NCBI GenBank assembly: GCA_031369745.1
Contig: JANMPG010000089.1
Span: 1 to 42,489 of the forward strand
DNA: 42,489 bases
Reading direction: 5' to 3'
DNA from: Actinomycetes bacterium
Lineage (GTDB): Bacteria; Actinomycetota; UBA4738; HRBIN12
Below, piece after piece: positions 34,396 to 42,489 of this stretch; positions within the stretch are counted from its first letter, which is position 1; each line of letters opens with the position of its first letter. The notes beneath the pieces are model-generated. The model saw only the letters and a program-made list of their open reading frames with translations, was not told the origin of the DNA and ran no database searches. A program made the translations under genes and the position numbers.

Positions 34396-34785
34396 TCACC
34401 GGATGCCCGTGTCGACCTCGAGATCGAGGTGCACCGAGCCCCCTGTGGTCACGGTCACGGTTGCCTGCTGAGCGGTCGGTGGCCCGGATCCCTCCATCAC
34501 CGGGATCACCTCGTAGGTCCCGGCGGGCAGCGAGAAGCGGTAGCGACCTTGATCGTCGGTTCGCGCGTCATACGTCTTGCCATCGCTCGCGGTGGCTCGC
34601 ACGGTGCCGGTCCACAACCCCGGCGGGCACGGAGAGTTCGCGAGCTCGACGGGGCACGTGGGACCAGCGGTAACGGTTCCGGCGATGACGCCGCCCGGCT
34701 CGCTCGCGCCACGGGCGCACGCGGACACCGTCAACGTGAACGCGAGGACCGCGAGGACCGCGAGGACCGCGAGGAAGGACCGCAT
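34396..34785 (-). CDS. Lipoprotein with carboxypeptidase-regulatory-like (CarboxypepD_reg) beta-sandwich domain
   Basis: ATG 34785 gives [23 protein letters not shown] with lipobox VSAC. The mature part, [34 protein letters not shown], is typical of the fold. Confidence 0.7.
   Translation of the reverse strand: MRSFLAVLAVLAVLAFTLTVSACARGASEPGGVIAGTVTAGPTCPVELANSPCPPGLWTGTVRATASDGKTYDARTDDQGRYRFSLPAGTYEVIPVMEGSGPPTAQQATVTVTTGGSVHLDLEVDTGIR
34741..34776. repeat. 9-bp tandem repeat (CGCGAGGAC x3 perfect + CGCGAGGAA) inside the lipoprotein signal-peptide coding region
   Basis: Read directly. On the coding strand it encodes (F/V)LA x4 of the signal-peptide hydrophobic core. The unit length is a multiple of 3. 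Confidence 0.9.
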
Positions 34786-34822
34786 GTCGATGAGACGGCG
34801 GTTGACCGCGCACGGTTCCCGC

Positions 34823-35371
34823 TCAGCCACCATAGGCCGACGGCTTGAGCGTGCCGATGTACGGCAGGTTGCGGTACTTCTCGGCGAAGTCGAGCCCGTA
34901 GCCGACGACGAATTCGTTCGGGATCTCGAACCCGACGTAGCGAAGATCCAGCTCCACCTGTTGGATGCCCTGCTTGCGCAGAAGCGCGGCGACCTCGAGC
35001 GACGCGGGCTTGCGCCCGGCGAGGTTCTTCAGCAGGTACTTGAGCGTCAGACCCGAATCGACGATGTCTTCGACCACCAGCACATCGCGATCCTTGAGGT
35101 CGTGATCGAGGTCCTTGAGGATGCGCACGACCCCCGACGTCTTGGTGGCCGCCCCGTAAGACGACACGGCCATGAAGTCGAACTGCAGGGGCAGCTGGAT
35201 GTTGCGCGACAGATCCGCCATCACGACGAAGGCTCCCTTGAGCACTCCGACGAGCAACAGACTGCGTCCCTCGTAGTCCCGCGTGATCTGTGCGCCCATG
35301 TCTTCGAGCTTGGCCTGGATCTCGCGTTCGGAGATGAGGACTTTCTCGATGTCGTCGGTGAACACGTCCAT
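34823..35371 (-). CDS. hpt: Hypoxanthine phosphoribosyltransferase
   Basis: This is the last 182 aa of track ORF 34823..36268, from ATG 35371 (MDVFTDDIEKVLISEREIQ...). The PRPP loop is VLVVEDIVDSGLTL. Confidence 0.94.
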   Translation of the reverse strand: MDVFTDDIEKVLISEREIQAKLEDMGAQITRDYEGRSLLLVGVLKGAFVVMADLSRNIQLPLQFDFMAVSSYGAATKTSGVVRILKDLDHDLKDRDVLVVEDIVDSGLTLKYLLKNLAGRKPASLEVAALLRKQGIQQVELDLRYVGFEIPNEFVVGYGLDFAEKYRNLPYIGTLKPSAYGG

Positions 35372-35385
35372 GGGAGGGCCGGAGT

Positions 35386-36369
35386 CTACCGTTGGATCAC
35401 GACGTTCGCGCGGTCGCGCCTCGCCGTCGCCCCACCAGGCAGCTCGACACGCCGACCCGGGCGTCCGGCCGCAAGGTCGAGCACGCCGACGATCGCGTGT
35501 TCGGACCAGGTGAGGTCCACCGCGGCGAACGCGCGGCGTACGACCCGACTCGCGATGGGCGGTGCGAGGTCGTTCAGTCCGGCCGCGTGCAGGGCGAGAC
35601 CGCCGTCGGCGACCGTCACGATCGAACCCCCGAGCTCGGCGGCAAGCTGGTCGAGCAACGCCGCATCGGCTCGCAGCAGCTCGGCGCTCCTCGCGATCGT
35701 CGCCGTCACATCGCGGCCGGTCGCTTGCTCCATCGCGGGGATCACCCGGTGGCGAAGCGCATTGCGCAGCAACGTCGTGTCGTCGTTGGAGGCGTCGACC
35801 CGCGGGCGTAGCCCGAGCGAGCGACACACCGCCTGCGTCTCGGCGCGCCGAACGTCGAGCAGCGGTCGCACGAGGGCACCGGCGACCGGCTCGATGCCGG
35901 CCAAACCGTCCAATCCCCAGCCGCGGACGAGACCGATCAGCACCGTTTCGGCTCGGTCCTCCATGGTGTGGCCGAGCGCCGAGCGGCTCGCGCCGATCGA
36001 GCCGGCGACCTCGGCAGCCGCGCGACGTCGTTCTTCTCGTGCCCACTGCTCGATCGAGTCGCCGCGGGCTGACGTCGCGGTCGGCCTCGCCACATGGCAG
36101 GGCAGCCCGTGGCGCGCCGCGCGGCGCTGGACGTACGACGCGTCGGCGTCCGATCCGGGTCGCAGTCCGTGGTTCAGGTGGAAGACCGCCAGCCGGATCC
36201 GGAACAAGCGTCGGACGCGCACGAGGATTTCCAACAGGCAGATCGAATCGGGTCCGCCGGACACCCACACCAACACCAGATCGCCGGGCGCGAACATCTC
36301 GTGGGTGCGCGCCGTATGCGTGACCCGTTCGATCACCCGCGCGACCGCAGGTGGCCGGCGCTCACTCAC
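35386..36369 (-). CDS. tilS: tRNA(Ile)-lysidine synthase
   Basis: The PP-loop is LVWVSGGPDS. It lies upstream of hpt in the conserved tilS-hpt pair. GTG start. This is a short (327 aa) form. Confidence 0.9.
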   Translation of the reverse strand: MSERRPPAVARVIERVTHTARTHEMFAPGDLVLVWVSGGPDSICLLEILVRVRRLFRIRLAVFHLNHGLRPGSDADASYVQRRAARHGLPCHVARPTATSARGDSIEQWAREERRRAAAEVAGSIGASRSALGHTMEDRAETVLIGLVRGWGLDGLAGIEPVAGALVRPLLDVRRAETQAVCRSLGLRPRVDASNDDTTLLRNALRHRVIPAMEQATGRDVTATIARSAELLRADAALLDQLAAELGGSIVTVADGGLALHAAGLNDLAPPIASRVVRRAFAAVDLTWSEHAIVGVLDLAAGRPGRRVELPGGATARRDRANVVIQR

Positions 36370-36372
36370 GCT

Positions 36373-37467
36373 CTACCCCGCGACGCGGGCGATCCAGCGA
36401 TCGGGGTCGCCGATCTCACCGGCCAACGGGAGGTTCCCGGGGCCCTCCCACACGAGGTTGAACCCGCTCATGCCGATCCGCGAGACCACCTGCTCGACGA
36501 AGTGCTGGCCGGCGTCGTACTGGGCGATCTTCTGATCGAACCCGATCGCTCGCTGAACCCGCTTCTCCCATCCGCCGACCGCGCGGCGCCGGGCCAACGC
36601 CTGGCGAAGGCGCGGCAGATCCTCGACCGCGCCCGCCGCCACCGCGTCCATCACGTAGGAGGCGTGTCCTTCCAGGAGCGACATCATCGCTTGGGTACGC
36701 TCGAACAGCGGGCGTTGCTCCGGTGTGAGCAGGCGCAAGATCCCGCCGGGACCCTCGGACTTCGAGCCGGGTCGCAACTCCTGGACCGCGCGGGTGACCT
36801 GCTCGAGCAAGTCCTTCGGATCCAGCGACACCGTACGTAGGTAGGACTCGACCACGCCTGACAGCTCTCCGCGCAGCCACGGCGCGGCGGCGAACTGCAC
36901 GCGGTGCGTCACCTCGTGGATCGCCACCCACAGGCGGAAGTCGTGAGGCGGCAGGGCGAAGGACCGCTCGACGTCGAGCAGGTTCGGGCCGACGAAGTAG
37001 ATCAGCCCGTCATCGTCGGGCGGTAGGAACACGTCGAACTGGCCGAGCACCCGGCGAGCGACGTAGCCGAGGATCCCGCCGACCTGCACGCCGAGCGCCT
37101 TGCGCGAGAAACTCGGTCGATCTGCGTGCGCTCCACCGGGCCGGCGTTCGAACACACGCTCTGCGAGAGGTTCCATCATCCGCTGCAGCCCCTTGAGGTT
37201 CTGGCGGATCCAATCGCCGCGGCCCATGACCCAAGCGCGCGAGCGGAACCCACTCACCTCGAGCCCGGTGAACTCCCGCACGAGCGATCCGGCCGAGGAG
37301 ACATGCTCGGCGAGGTCGGCGCGCATCGCCGATCGATCGGGGTGGGACACCTTTGGGCCGGGACCGGCGACCGTGCGGCCGGTGCGAAGCGCGGTGTCCC
37401 AGTCGGCCAATCGGGCCGCCTGCGAACCGAGTGACCAGTCGAGCTCAACCGCTGGGTCAACACCCAC
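36373..37467 (-). CDS. Zinc-dependent metalloprotease, DUF2342 / F420-biosynthesis-associated-type family
   Basis: HExxH (AIHEVTHRVQF). Size and position upstream of tilS match other actinobacteria. GTG start. Confidence 0.75.
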   Translation of the reverse strand: MGVDPAVELDWSLGSQAARLADWDTALRTGRTVAGPGPKVSHPDRSAMRADLAEHVSSAGSLVREFTGLEVSGFRSRAWVMGRGDWIRQNLKGLQRMMEPLAERVFERRPGGAHADRPSFSRKALGVQVGGILGYVARRVLGQFDVFLPPDDDGLIYFVGPNLLDVERSFALPPHDFRLWVAIHEVTHRVQFAAAPWLRGELSGVVESYLRTVSLDPKDLLEQVTRAVQELRPGSKSEGPGGILRLLTPEQRPLFERTQAMMSLLEGHASYVMDAVAAGAVEDLPRLRQALARRRAVGGWEKRVQRAIGFDQKIAQYDAGQHFVEQVVSRIGMSGFNLVWEGPGNLPLAGEIGDPDRWIARVAG

Positions 37468-37479
37468 TCGCCCGAGCGC

Positions 37480-38109
37480 CTACCCCTCGCCCGAGGCCTT
37501 CTTGCGCGCGGCGATCATCCCGGCGCGACGCGCTTTGCCCTCGGCGATGCGCCTGTCGGTACCGGCGGCGAGCAGTTCTGCAAGCGTCTTGTCGAAGACC
37601 TCCTGGTCGAGGGAAACCTCGGGGCGCTCCTCAGGCTGCACCACAGCCGCGGCCGGAGCTGGTGCAGCAGCAGCAGGGGCAGGGGAGGTTGCGACCGGGG
37701 CTTCTGCAACGGCGACCGCAGACGCGGGTGACGCGGCAGCGGCGGCCGGGGCGGCGGCGACCCCTACCGGCGGGGGCTGGACGACGACCGGCACCGCCTG
37801 CGTCACGTCTACCATGCGACGGGGCGGCTCCTGACCGGGCAGGACCCGATCCGCGCGCACCACCTTCGCCTCGTCTTCGTCCTTGGAGAAACGGGGCGCA
37901 TACCGCATGTACGCCGCGATCAGGAGGATGACGAGCAGCAGGGCAAGCGCGAGGCTCAAGAACGCCAACCAGTAGATCCACCCGCCGTCGGTACGCTCCG
38001 GCACCGTCGTCGGTCCGATACGGGTCTGGGCGAACGCGGAGCCACCCGAAGTGAGCAGCAGGAACGCCGCACCGGAGGTGACGCCAAGGAGTCTCCGGAT
38101 GGTCTTCAC
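37480..38109 (-). CDS. Hypothetical membrane protein with Ala/Pro-rich linker
   Basis: GTG 38109 gives a signal-like N-terminus (VKTIRRLLGVTSGAAFLLLTSGGSAFA), then a TM helix (WIYWLAFLSLALALLLVILLIAAYM), a long A/P/V low-complexity segment and a basic helical C-terminus. The track start is TTG 38145. Confidence 0.55.
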   Translation of the reverse strand: MKTIRRLLGVTSGAAFLLLTSGGSAFAQTRIGPTTVPERTDGGWIYWLAFLSLALALLLVILLIAAYMRYAPRFSKDEDEAKVVRADRVLPGQEPPRRMVDVTQAVPVVVQPPPVGVAAAPAAAAASPASAVAVAEAPVATSPAPAAAAPAPAAAVVQPEERPEVSLDQEVFDKTLAELLAAGTDRRIAEGKARRAGMIAARKKASGEG

Positions 38110-38187
38110 GGGCGGGATTCTCGCAAGGTCGGGGACCGACGGCAACTGTGCGCGCGGTCCTGGGCGGGCGACGGTGGCGACGCTGAG

Positions 38188-38259
38188 AGCCGGAGGGGGG
38201 ATTCGAACCCCCGACCTACCACTTACGAGGCGGTTGCTCTACCCCTGAGCTACTCCGGC
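38188..38259 (-). tRNA. tRNA-Thr (anticodon CGT)
   Basis: Hand-folded: acceptor GCCGGAG/CTCCGGC, D arm GCTC-AGGGGTA-GAGC, anticodon arm ACCGC-CTCGTAA-GTGGT, T arm GGGGG-TTCGAAT-CCCCC, discriminator T. No CCA is encoded. 72 nt. Confidence 0.95.
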
Positions 38260-38386
38260 GACGCCGCAGAAGGATACCAATCGGGTTTTCGACCGGAGCC
38301 GCCGAACCCCCTGCGTGCAGGCACCACCACCGACGTTGGAGGCGGCCACCTCGCGACTCCGCCCGCCAAGCGTTGATAATGCGCCC

Positions 38387-40492
38387 ATGGCGAACACGAT
38401 CGACCCCGGCACCGGCACGATCTCGCGAGTGATGGTGGGCACGGACCTTTCACGAACCGCCTCGCGCGCGGTCGGCTGGGCAACGGACTTCGCGGCGAGG
38501 TTCGACGCGGAGCTGCACCTGGTGCAGGTGATCGTGCCGACCAACCCAACCGACACCGAGTTCGGCGCCGCAGAACGCACCAAGGCGGCGGTTGCCGCCG
38601 ACGCGCTCCACGTGGAGTCCCAGCGGCTCGCCGGCGCCCGCGGGCGTGCACACGTGGTCGTCGACCTCGACCCCGCGATGGCGATCGTCGGCGCCGCAGA
38701 GGACGCCAAGATCGACGTTCTGGTCGTCGGCAACGCAGGGATGGCCGGCCGCAAAGAGTTCCTCCTTGGCAACGTGCCGAACCGCATCAGCCACAACGCC
38801 CGCTGCACCGTGATCATCGTGAACACCACGGACGGTGTGACGACCGCCATGCCCGCCGCCTCCTCCGGAGTGCTGCGCTCGGGCTCACCGATCGCCGAAA
38901 CCGAACCGCATCTGATGGCGCGTGGAACCAAGATCGCGACGGTGTTCGCCAAGCACGGTCTGAAGGAACTCTTCGGCCGCCCCGACGAGGAAGGCACGAT
39001 CGGGCGTGAGCGCCAGGCCAAGCGCATGCGCGAGGCACTCGAAGAACTCGGACCCACGTTCTGCAAGATCGGGCAGATCTTGTCGACGCGACCCGACCTG
39101 TTGCCGCCGGAGTTCATCGACCAGTTGGCGCAACTCCAAGACCACGTGCCACCGCTGAGCGAAGAGCAAGTCGTGACCGTGATGGAGCAGGAACTGGGGG
39201 TCCCGTGGGAGGATGTGTTCGACCACGTCGCGCCCGAGCCGCTGGCGGCCGGCACGATCGCGCAGGTCCATCGCGCGGTCCTGGCCAACGGTGAAAAGGC
39301 CGTGGTCAAGGTGCAACGCCCCGACGCGCGCGGCCTGATCGAGCAAGACCTCGCGCTGCTCGAGGTGTTCGCGGCCAAAGCGAGCGATCGACCGGGTCTC
39401 AAGGCGGTCATCGACCTGAAGGCGGTGTTCGAACACCTGTCGGAGTCGTTGCACCGCGAACTGGACTTCCGCAACGAGGCGCGCAACGTCCAGCGGATGG
39501 GCGAGGTGATCGCCTCGTTCGACCGCCTCGCCGTCCCCACGCTGTTCACCGATTTCTCGACCGGGCGTTTGCTCGTGATGGGCGATGTCGCAGGCGGACC
39601 GATCGGCATCGCTCCGCAAGGACCGATCCGAAGCACGGCGGCGCGTCAGCTGCTCGAGTCGTTCTACAAGCAGGTCATGGTCGACGGGTTCTTCCACGCG
39701 GACCCGCATCCGGGCAACCTGATGTGGCAGCCCGAGGAAGACATCCTCTACTTCTTGGACCTCGGTATGGCGGGCGAGGTCGGGCCGGATCTGCGCGAGC
39801 ACATGATGTTGCTGTTGATGGCGTTCTGGCAGAACGACGTCGGGTTCTTGACCGATGTCACGTTGATGATGGCCGGTGCGATCGATCGCAGCGACCTCGA
39901 CGTCGAGGCGTTCCAGGGCGAGATCGGGCTGCTGATGACCAAGTACCAGGGTGCGTCGATCCAGGACATCCAGCTGGGGCCCGTGCTGCAAGAGATGACG
40001 GAGATCTCGCTGCGCTACGGCGTTCCACTGCCGGCCTCACTGACCCTGACGGCAAAGGCGCTGGCGCAGATGCAGCTCGCGGCCGCCCAACTCGACCCGA
40101 CGATCGATCCCTTCGATGTCGCCGGTAAGTTCATGATGCGCAGCGTGCTGACAGGCATGAGCGCCAAGATCGACCCGAAGGCCCTGTTCTATCAACTGCA
40201 ACGCATGAAGGTGCGCGGCATGCGCGTGATCGAAGCCCTCGAGCGGCTGATCGGCGCACGGCCCGGCCAGAAGCTTGAGGTCAACTTCCGCGCCGCCTCG
40301 CTGGAGCAAACGGTGCGGCGCGCCGGCCGGCGACTCGCGCTGGGTCTCGTGGCTGCGGCGGCTCTGCTCGGCGCGGCGATCACGACGACGTCGGATAGGA
40401 CCAAGGAGTGGGTCCCGCTCACGCTCGGGGCCATCGGGCTGGCCTTCACGATCGGGTTGGTCGTGGACCTCGTACGCGACCGCCGGCTATAA
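38387..40492 (+). CDS. Universal stress protein (USP) domain fused to an ABC1/UbiB-family atypical kinase, C-terminal TM helices
   Basis: ATG 38387 (MANTIDPG...). The USP part ends in VVGNAGMAGRKEFLLGNVPNRISHNARCTVIIV. The UbiB part has LGPTFCKIGQILSTRPDLLPPEF, AAGTIAQVHRA and FHADPHPGNL. It has a hydrophobic C-terminus. Confidence 0.85.
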   Translation: MANTIDPGTGTISRVMVGTDLSRTASRAVGWATDFAARFDAELHLVQVIVPTNPTDTEFGAAERTKAAVAADALHVESQRLAGARGRAHVVVDLDPAMAIVGAAEDAKIDVLVVGNAGMAGRKEFLLGNVPNRISHNARCTVIIVNTTDGVTTAMPAASSGVLRSGSPIAETEPHLMARGTKIATVFAKHGLKELFGRPDEEGTIGRERQAKRMREALEELGPTFCKIGQILSTRPDLLPPEFIDQLAQLQDHVPPLSEEQVVTVMEQELGVPWEDVFDHVAPEPLAAGTIAQVHRAVLANGEKAVVKVQRPDARGLIEQDLALLEVFAAKASDRPGLKAVIDLKAVFEHLSESLHRELDFRNEARNVQRMGEVIASFDRLAVPTLFTDFSTGRLLVMGDVAGGPIGIAPQGPIRSTAARQLLESFYKQVMVDGFFHADPHPGNLMWQPEEDILYFLDLGMAGEVGPDLREHMMLLLMAFWQNDVGFLTDVTLMMAGAIDRSDLDVEAFQGEIGLLMTKYQGASIQDIQLGPVLQEMTEISLRYGVPLPASLTLTAKALAQMQLAAAQLDPTIDPFDVAGKFMMRSVLTGMSAKIDPKALFYQLQRMKVRGMRVIEALERLIGARPGQKLEVNFRAASLEQTVRRAGRRLALGLVAAAALLGAAITTTSDRTKEWVPLTLGAIGLAFTIGLVVDLVRDRRL

Positions 40493-40500
40493 GCGGCGCG

Positions 40501-40701
40501 TTACGATTCGTGGAAGTCGACCTCGCCGCCCTTGGATGTGAGTGTCGTAGGCACCGGTGCGGTGTCCGGATTCTTCTTTTTCACCGAGCGCATGACGATG
40601 CGCTCCAGCAGGAAGGCGACGACGCTCATGACCAAGCCCACCATCCAACGCTCGATGCGCCGAAGACCCTTCGCGGGCTTGGTGACCGGTCGAGCGCTCA
40701 C
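40501..40701 (-). CDS. Small (66 aa) single-TM protein downstream of the histidine kinase
   Basis: GTG 40701 is preceded by GGAGGGGAGGA (the SD core is 8 nt upstream). The alternative GTG 40719 overlaps the kinase stop. It has a basic N-terminus and a TM segment WMVGLVMSVVAFLL. No family recognised. Confidence 0.5.
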   Translation of the reverse strand: MSARPVTKPAKGLRRIERWMVGLVMSVVAFLLERIVMRSVKKKNPDTAPVPTTLTSKGGEVDFHES

Positions 40702-40715
40702 GTGTCCTCCCCTCC

Positions 40716-42476
40716 TCACCGCGCGGCGACAACCCTGGCATCGGAGGCGGCGGCGGGCAAGGACCCCGTGACCGTGGTGCCCCGACCGGGCGCGGACACG
40801 ACGACGAGCACGCCGTCGAGCACGCTCAAACGGTCCGCGATCCCCTGCAAGCCGCTGCCGTATCCGGTTGCCCTTGGATCGAAACCCCGGCCGTCATCTT
40901 CGACCTCGAATACGAGATGCCCGGTCGCGTGGCGCAGTCGGATCGACACCGCATGTGCCTGCGCGTACTTCGAGACGTTCTGCATCGCTTCCAGGCACGA
41001 GAAGTAGGCGGCCGCCTCAACGTCTTGGGCATACCGACCAACTCCCTCGACCGTCACCGTGGCGGGCACGGGGGACTTGCGGGCCTGCGCCTCCAACGCT
41101 GCGGCGAGACCCTTGTCGGCCAACAGCGGCGGGTAGATACCGCGCGCGAGGTCGCGGAGGTCCTCCAGTGCCTGCTGCGACTCGGTCTGCAGCTCCAACA
41201 GCATCTGGTCGGCGCGCGCCGGATCGCGCTCGACCAGGGACTGGACGAGGCGAAGCTTCACGCTGAGGGCCACCAATTGCTGCTGCGCCCCATCGTGGAT
41301 ATTGCGCTCCAAGCGGCGACGCTCCGCGTCTTGCGCGGTGACCAATCGCCGCTGCGCGGCTTGCAGATCCTCGAGCCGCTGGCGCAGCGCCTCGGTCAGA
41401 CCGACGTTCCGCAGGACCAAACCGGCCTGGGCCGCCAGGTCGGCGACGAGCTTGGCTTTCGCCGGATCCATCGGATCGTTCGCGGGCATCGCGACCGACA
41501 AGGCGCCGAGCTCCTCCCCTTGATGCAGGACCGATTCCGTGTGGTCGTCTTCGACGTCGGACGCGCCGCGGGGCCATGTCGCCGCGATGCGTCGATCGTC
41601 GGCTTGGCCGAGCCATACCCGAGCACGCTCGGCGCCGAGTCCCTCCGACAAGATCCGTGCCATCCGAAGGAGCACGTCGTCGGCCGCGTAGGTGCCTGCC
41701 AGTTGGTCCCCAAACTCCGTCAGCAACTCGTAGGGCGTCGCGCGCTTGCCGTAGACAACGCGGTCGGCGACGCGATGGGACCATCGTCGCATCGGCTGGA
41801 AGGCGAGCGCGACGGCCGCCGCCGCGGCGGCGGACAACGCCGGGCCAACCGTCGTTCCCACACCCAGCAGCGCCCCGACTCCAAGGACGATCCCCACATA
41901 CGCGATCGAGATGAACCCCGCCAGCAGACCGATCAGCACAGCTTTGCGGATCACCAGATCGATGTCGAACAACCGGTAGCGCTGCACCGAGAATCCGATC
42001 GCGATCGGGATCAGCCCGAACATGATGATCGTCGCGCTCTGCAGGAATAGGATCCATCGTGCCGAGCCCGAGCCCGCGAGCGATACCACCAGGATGAAGG
42101 CGTAGAAGGACGCAACGATCGTCGCCGCGGTGACCAACCATTTGATCTGGGCGCGCTCGGCGCCCCGGGCGCGCCGCAGGCGCAAGATCAGGCTTGTGGC
42201 CGACGCGACGATGGCGATCGGGAACCACAGGAACGCGAACAAGAGGAACTGCGATCCCTGCACGCCCAGCACGTTGTGCACCCCCGGCGAGCCGTCGATG
42301 TCGCCCGGGCTCAGCACGATACCGAGCGAGATCAGCACGAGGTCGATCGCCGTCACCCACGCGAACCATCGCCATCGCGGCGACGGGAGGCGCCCATCGG
42401 GGAACAGCAGGAGTAGGAAGGTCATCGCCATCCCGAAGGCGGGCACCCATAACCATTGCGACATCGACAGGATCAA
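40716..42476 (-). CDS. Polytopic membrane sensor histidine kinase (HisKA_3 + HATPase_c, NarL-partner class); N-terminus may lie beyond the window
   Basis: H-box RRRLERNIHDGAQQQLVAL, and the ATPase part has EVEDDGRGFD and GSGLQGIADRL. The N-terminal half has at least 6 TM helices. The ORF is open to within 13 nt of the window end, so the start is unresolved. Confidence 0.85.
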   Translation of the reverse strand: MILSMSQWLWVPAFGMAMTFLLLLFPDGRLPSPRWRWFAWVTAIDLVLISLGIVLSPGDIDGSPGVHNVLGVQGSQFLLFAFLWFPIAIVASATSLILRLRRARGAERAQIKWLVTAATIVASFYAFILVVSLAGSGSARWILFLQSATIIMFGLIPIAIGFSVQRYRLFDIDLVIRKAVLIGLLAGFISIAYVGIVLGVGALLGVGTTVGPALSAAAAAAVALAFQPMRRWSHRVADRVVYGKRATPYELLTEFGDQLAGTYAADDVLLRMARILSEGLGAERARVWLGQADDRRIAATWPRGASDVEDDHTESVLHQGEELGALSVAMPANDPMDPAKAKLVADLAAQAGLVLRNVGLTEALRQRLEDLQAAQRRLVTAQDAERRRLERNIHDGAQQQLVALSVKLRLVQSLVERDPARADQMLLELQTESQQALEDLRDLARGIYPPLLADKGLAAALEAQARKSPVPATVTVEGVGRYAQDVEAAAYFSCLEAMQNVSKYAQAHAVSIRLRHATGHLVFEVEDDGRGFDPRATGYGSGLQGIADRLSVLDGVLVVVSAPGRGTTVTGSLPAAASDARVVAAR

Positions 42477-42489
42477 CGGCCCCGCGGGA

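Noticed and set aside
34741-34776. Tandem repeat as a possible CRISPR or regulatory repeat array
   Set aside because: The units are 9 bp, contiguous (no spacers) and lie inside a coding region in frame. This is a coding microsatellite/VNTR, not CRISPR.
1-42489. Search for mobile DNA, a defence island, CRISPR, prophage, toxin-antitoxin pairs or rRNA anywhere in the window
   Set aside because: I recognised no transposase, integrase, recombinase, Cas, restriction or abortive-infection-like ORF. There are no spaced direct-repeat arrays and no long inverted terminal repeats. Gene content is overwhelmingly conserved housekeeping synteny. The PIN domain present is the housekeeping YacL-type PIN/TRAM protein, not a VapC toxin.

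Overview
This is a high-G+C, actinobacterial-type chromosomal window. Codon third positions are G/C-rich, GTG and TTG starts are frequent, and many genes have 4-nt start/stop overlaps. Marker genes include carD, DUF3263/LytR_C and clpC1-type ClpC. I call about 50 protein genes and two tRNA-Thr genes. I see no rRNA, CRISPR array, transposase, integrase or phage gene.

Most of the window is a conserved housekeeping block. It contains acs, then radA-carD-PIN/TRAM-ispD-ispF-rlmB, then clpC. From about 38.1 kb down to 25.4 kb there is a very long minus-strand gene train: membrane protein, Zn-metalloprotease, tilS, hpt, lipoprotein, folE, folP, alpha/beta-hydrolase, folB, folK, Zn-ribbon membrane protein, DUF2520, panC, NadC-N fragment, coaX, lysS.

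Accessory or less ordinary content:
- a tightly coupled DsrE-TusA-SQR-TusA-DsrE2 sulfur-relay operon (8.8-11.4 kb)
- a D-aminoacylase
- a secreted six-repeat propeller protein, divergent from a bacterial RIO kinase that is preceded by a strong orphan Shine-Dalgarno (SD) sequence and a short uORF
- two receiver-only response regulators and two histidine kinases, none in a canonical pair
- a cNMP-binding-domain-only protein
- a USP-UbiB fusion

I do not see a convincing self-contained novel system such as a defence island. The best leads for new biology are:
- the sulfur-relay operon
- the alpha/beta-hydrolase embedded in the folate operon
- the NadC-N-terminal relic in the panD/nadBC slot
- the missing ftsH between hpt and folE, replaced by a lipoprotein whose signal peptide carries a 9-bp tandem repeat
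- the uORF/RIO-kinase locus

All functional calls rest on motif and family recognition by eye plus the supplied ORF track. No database search was run.
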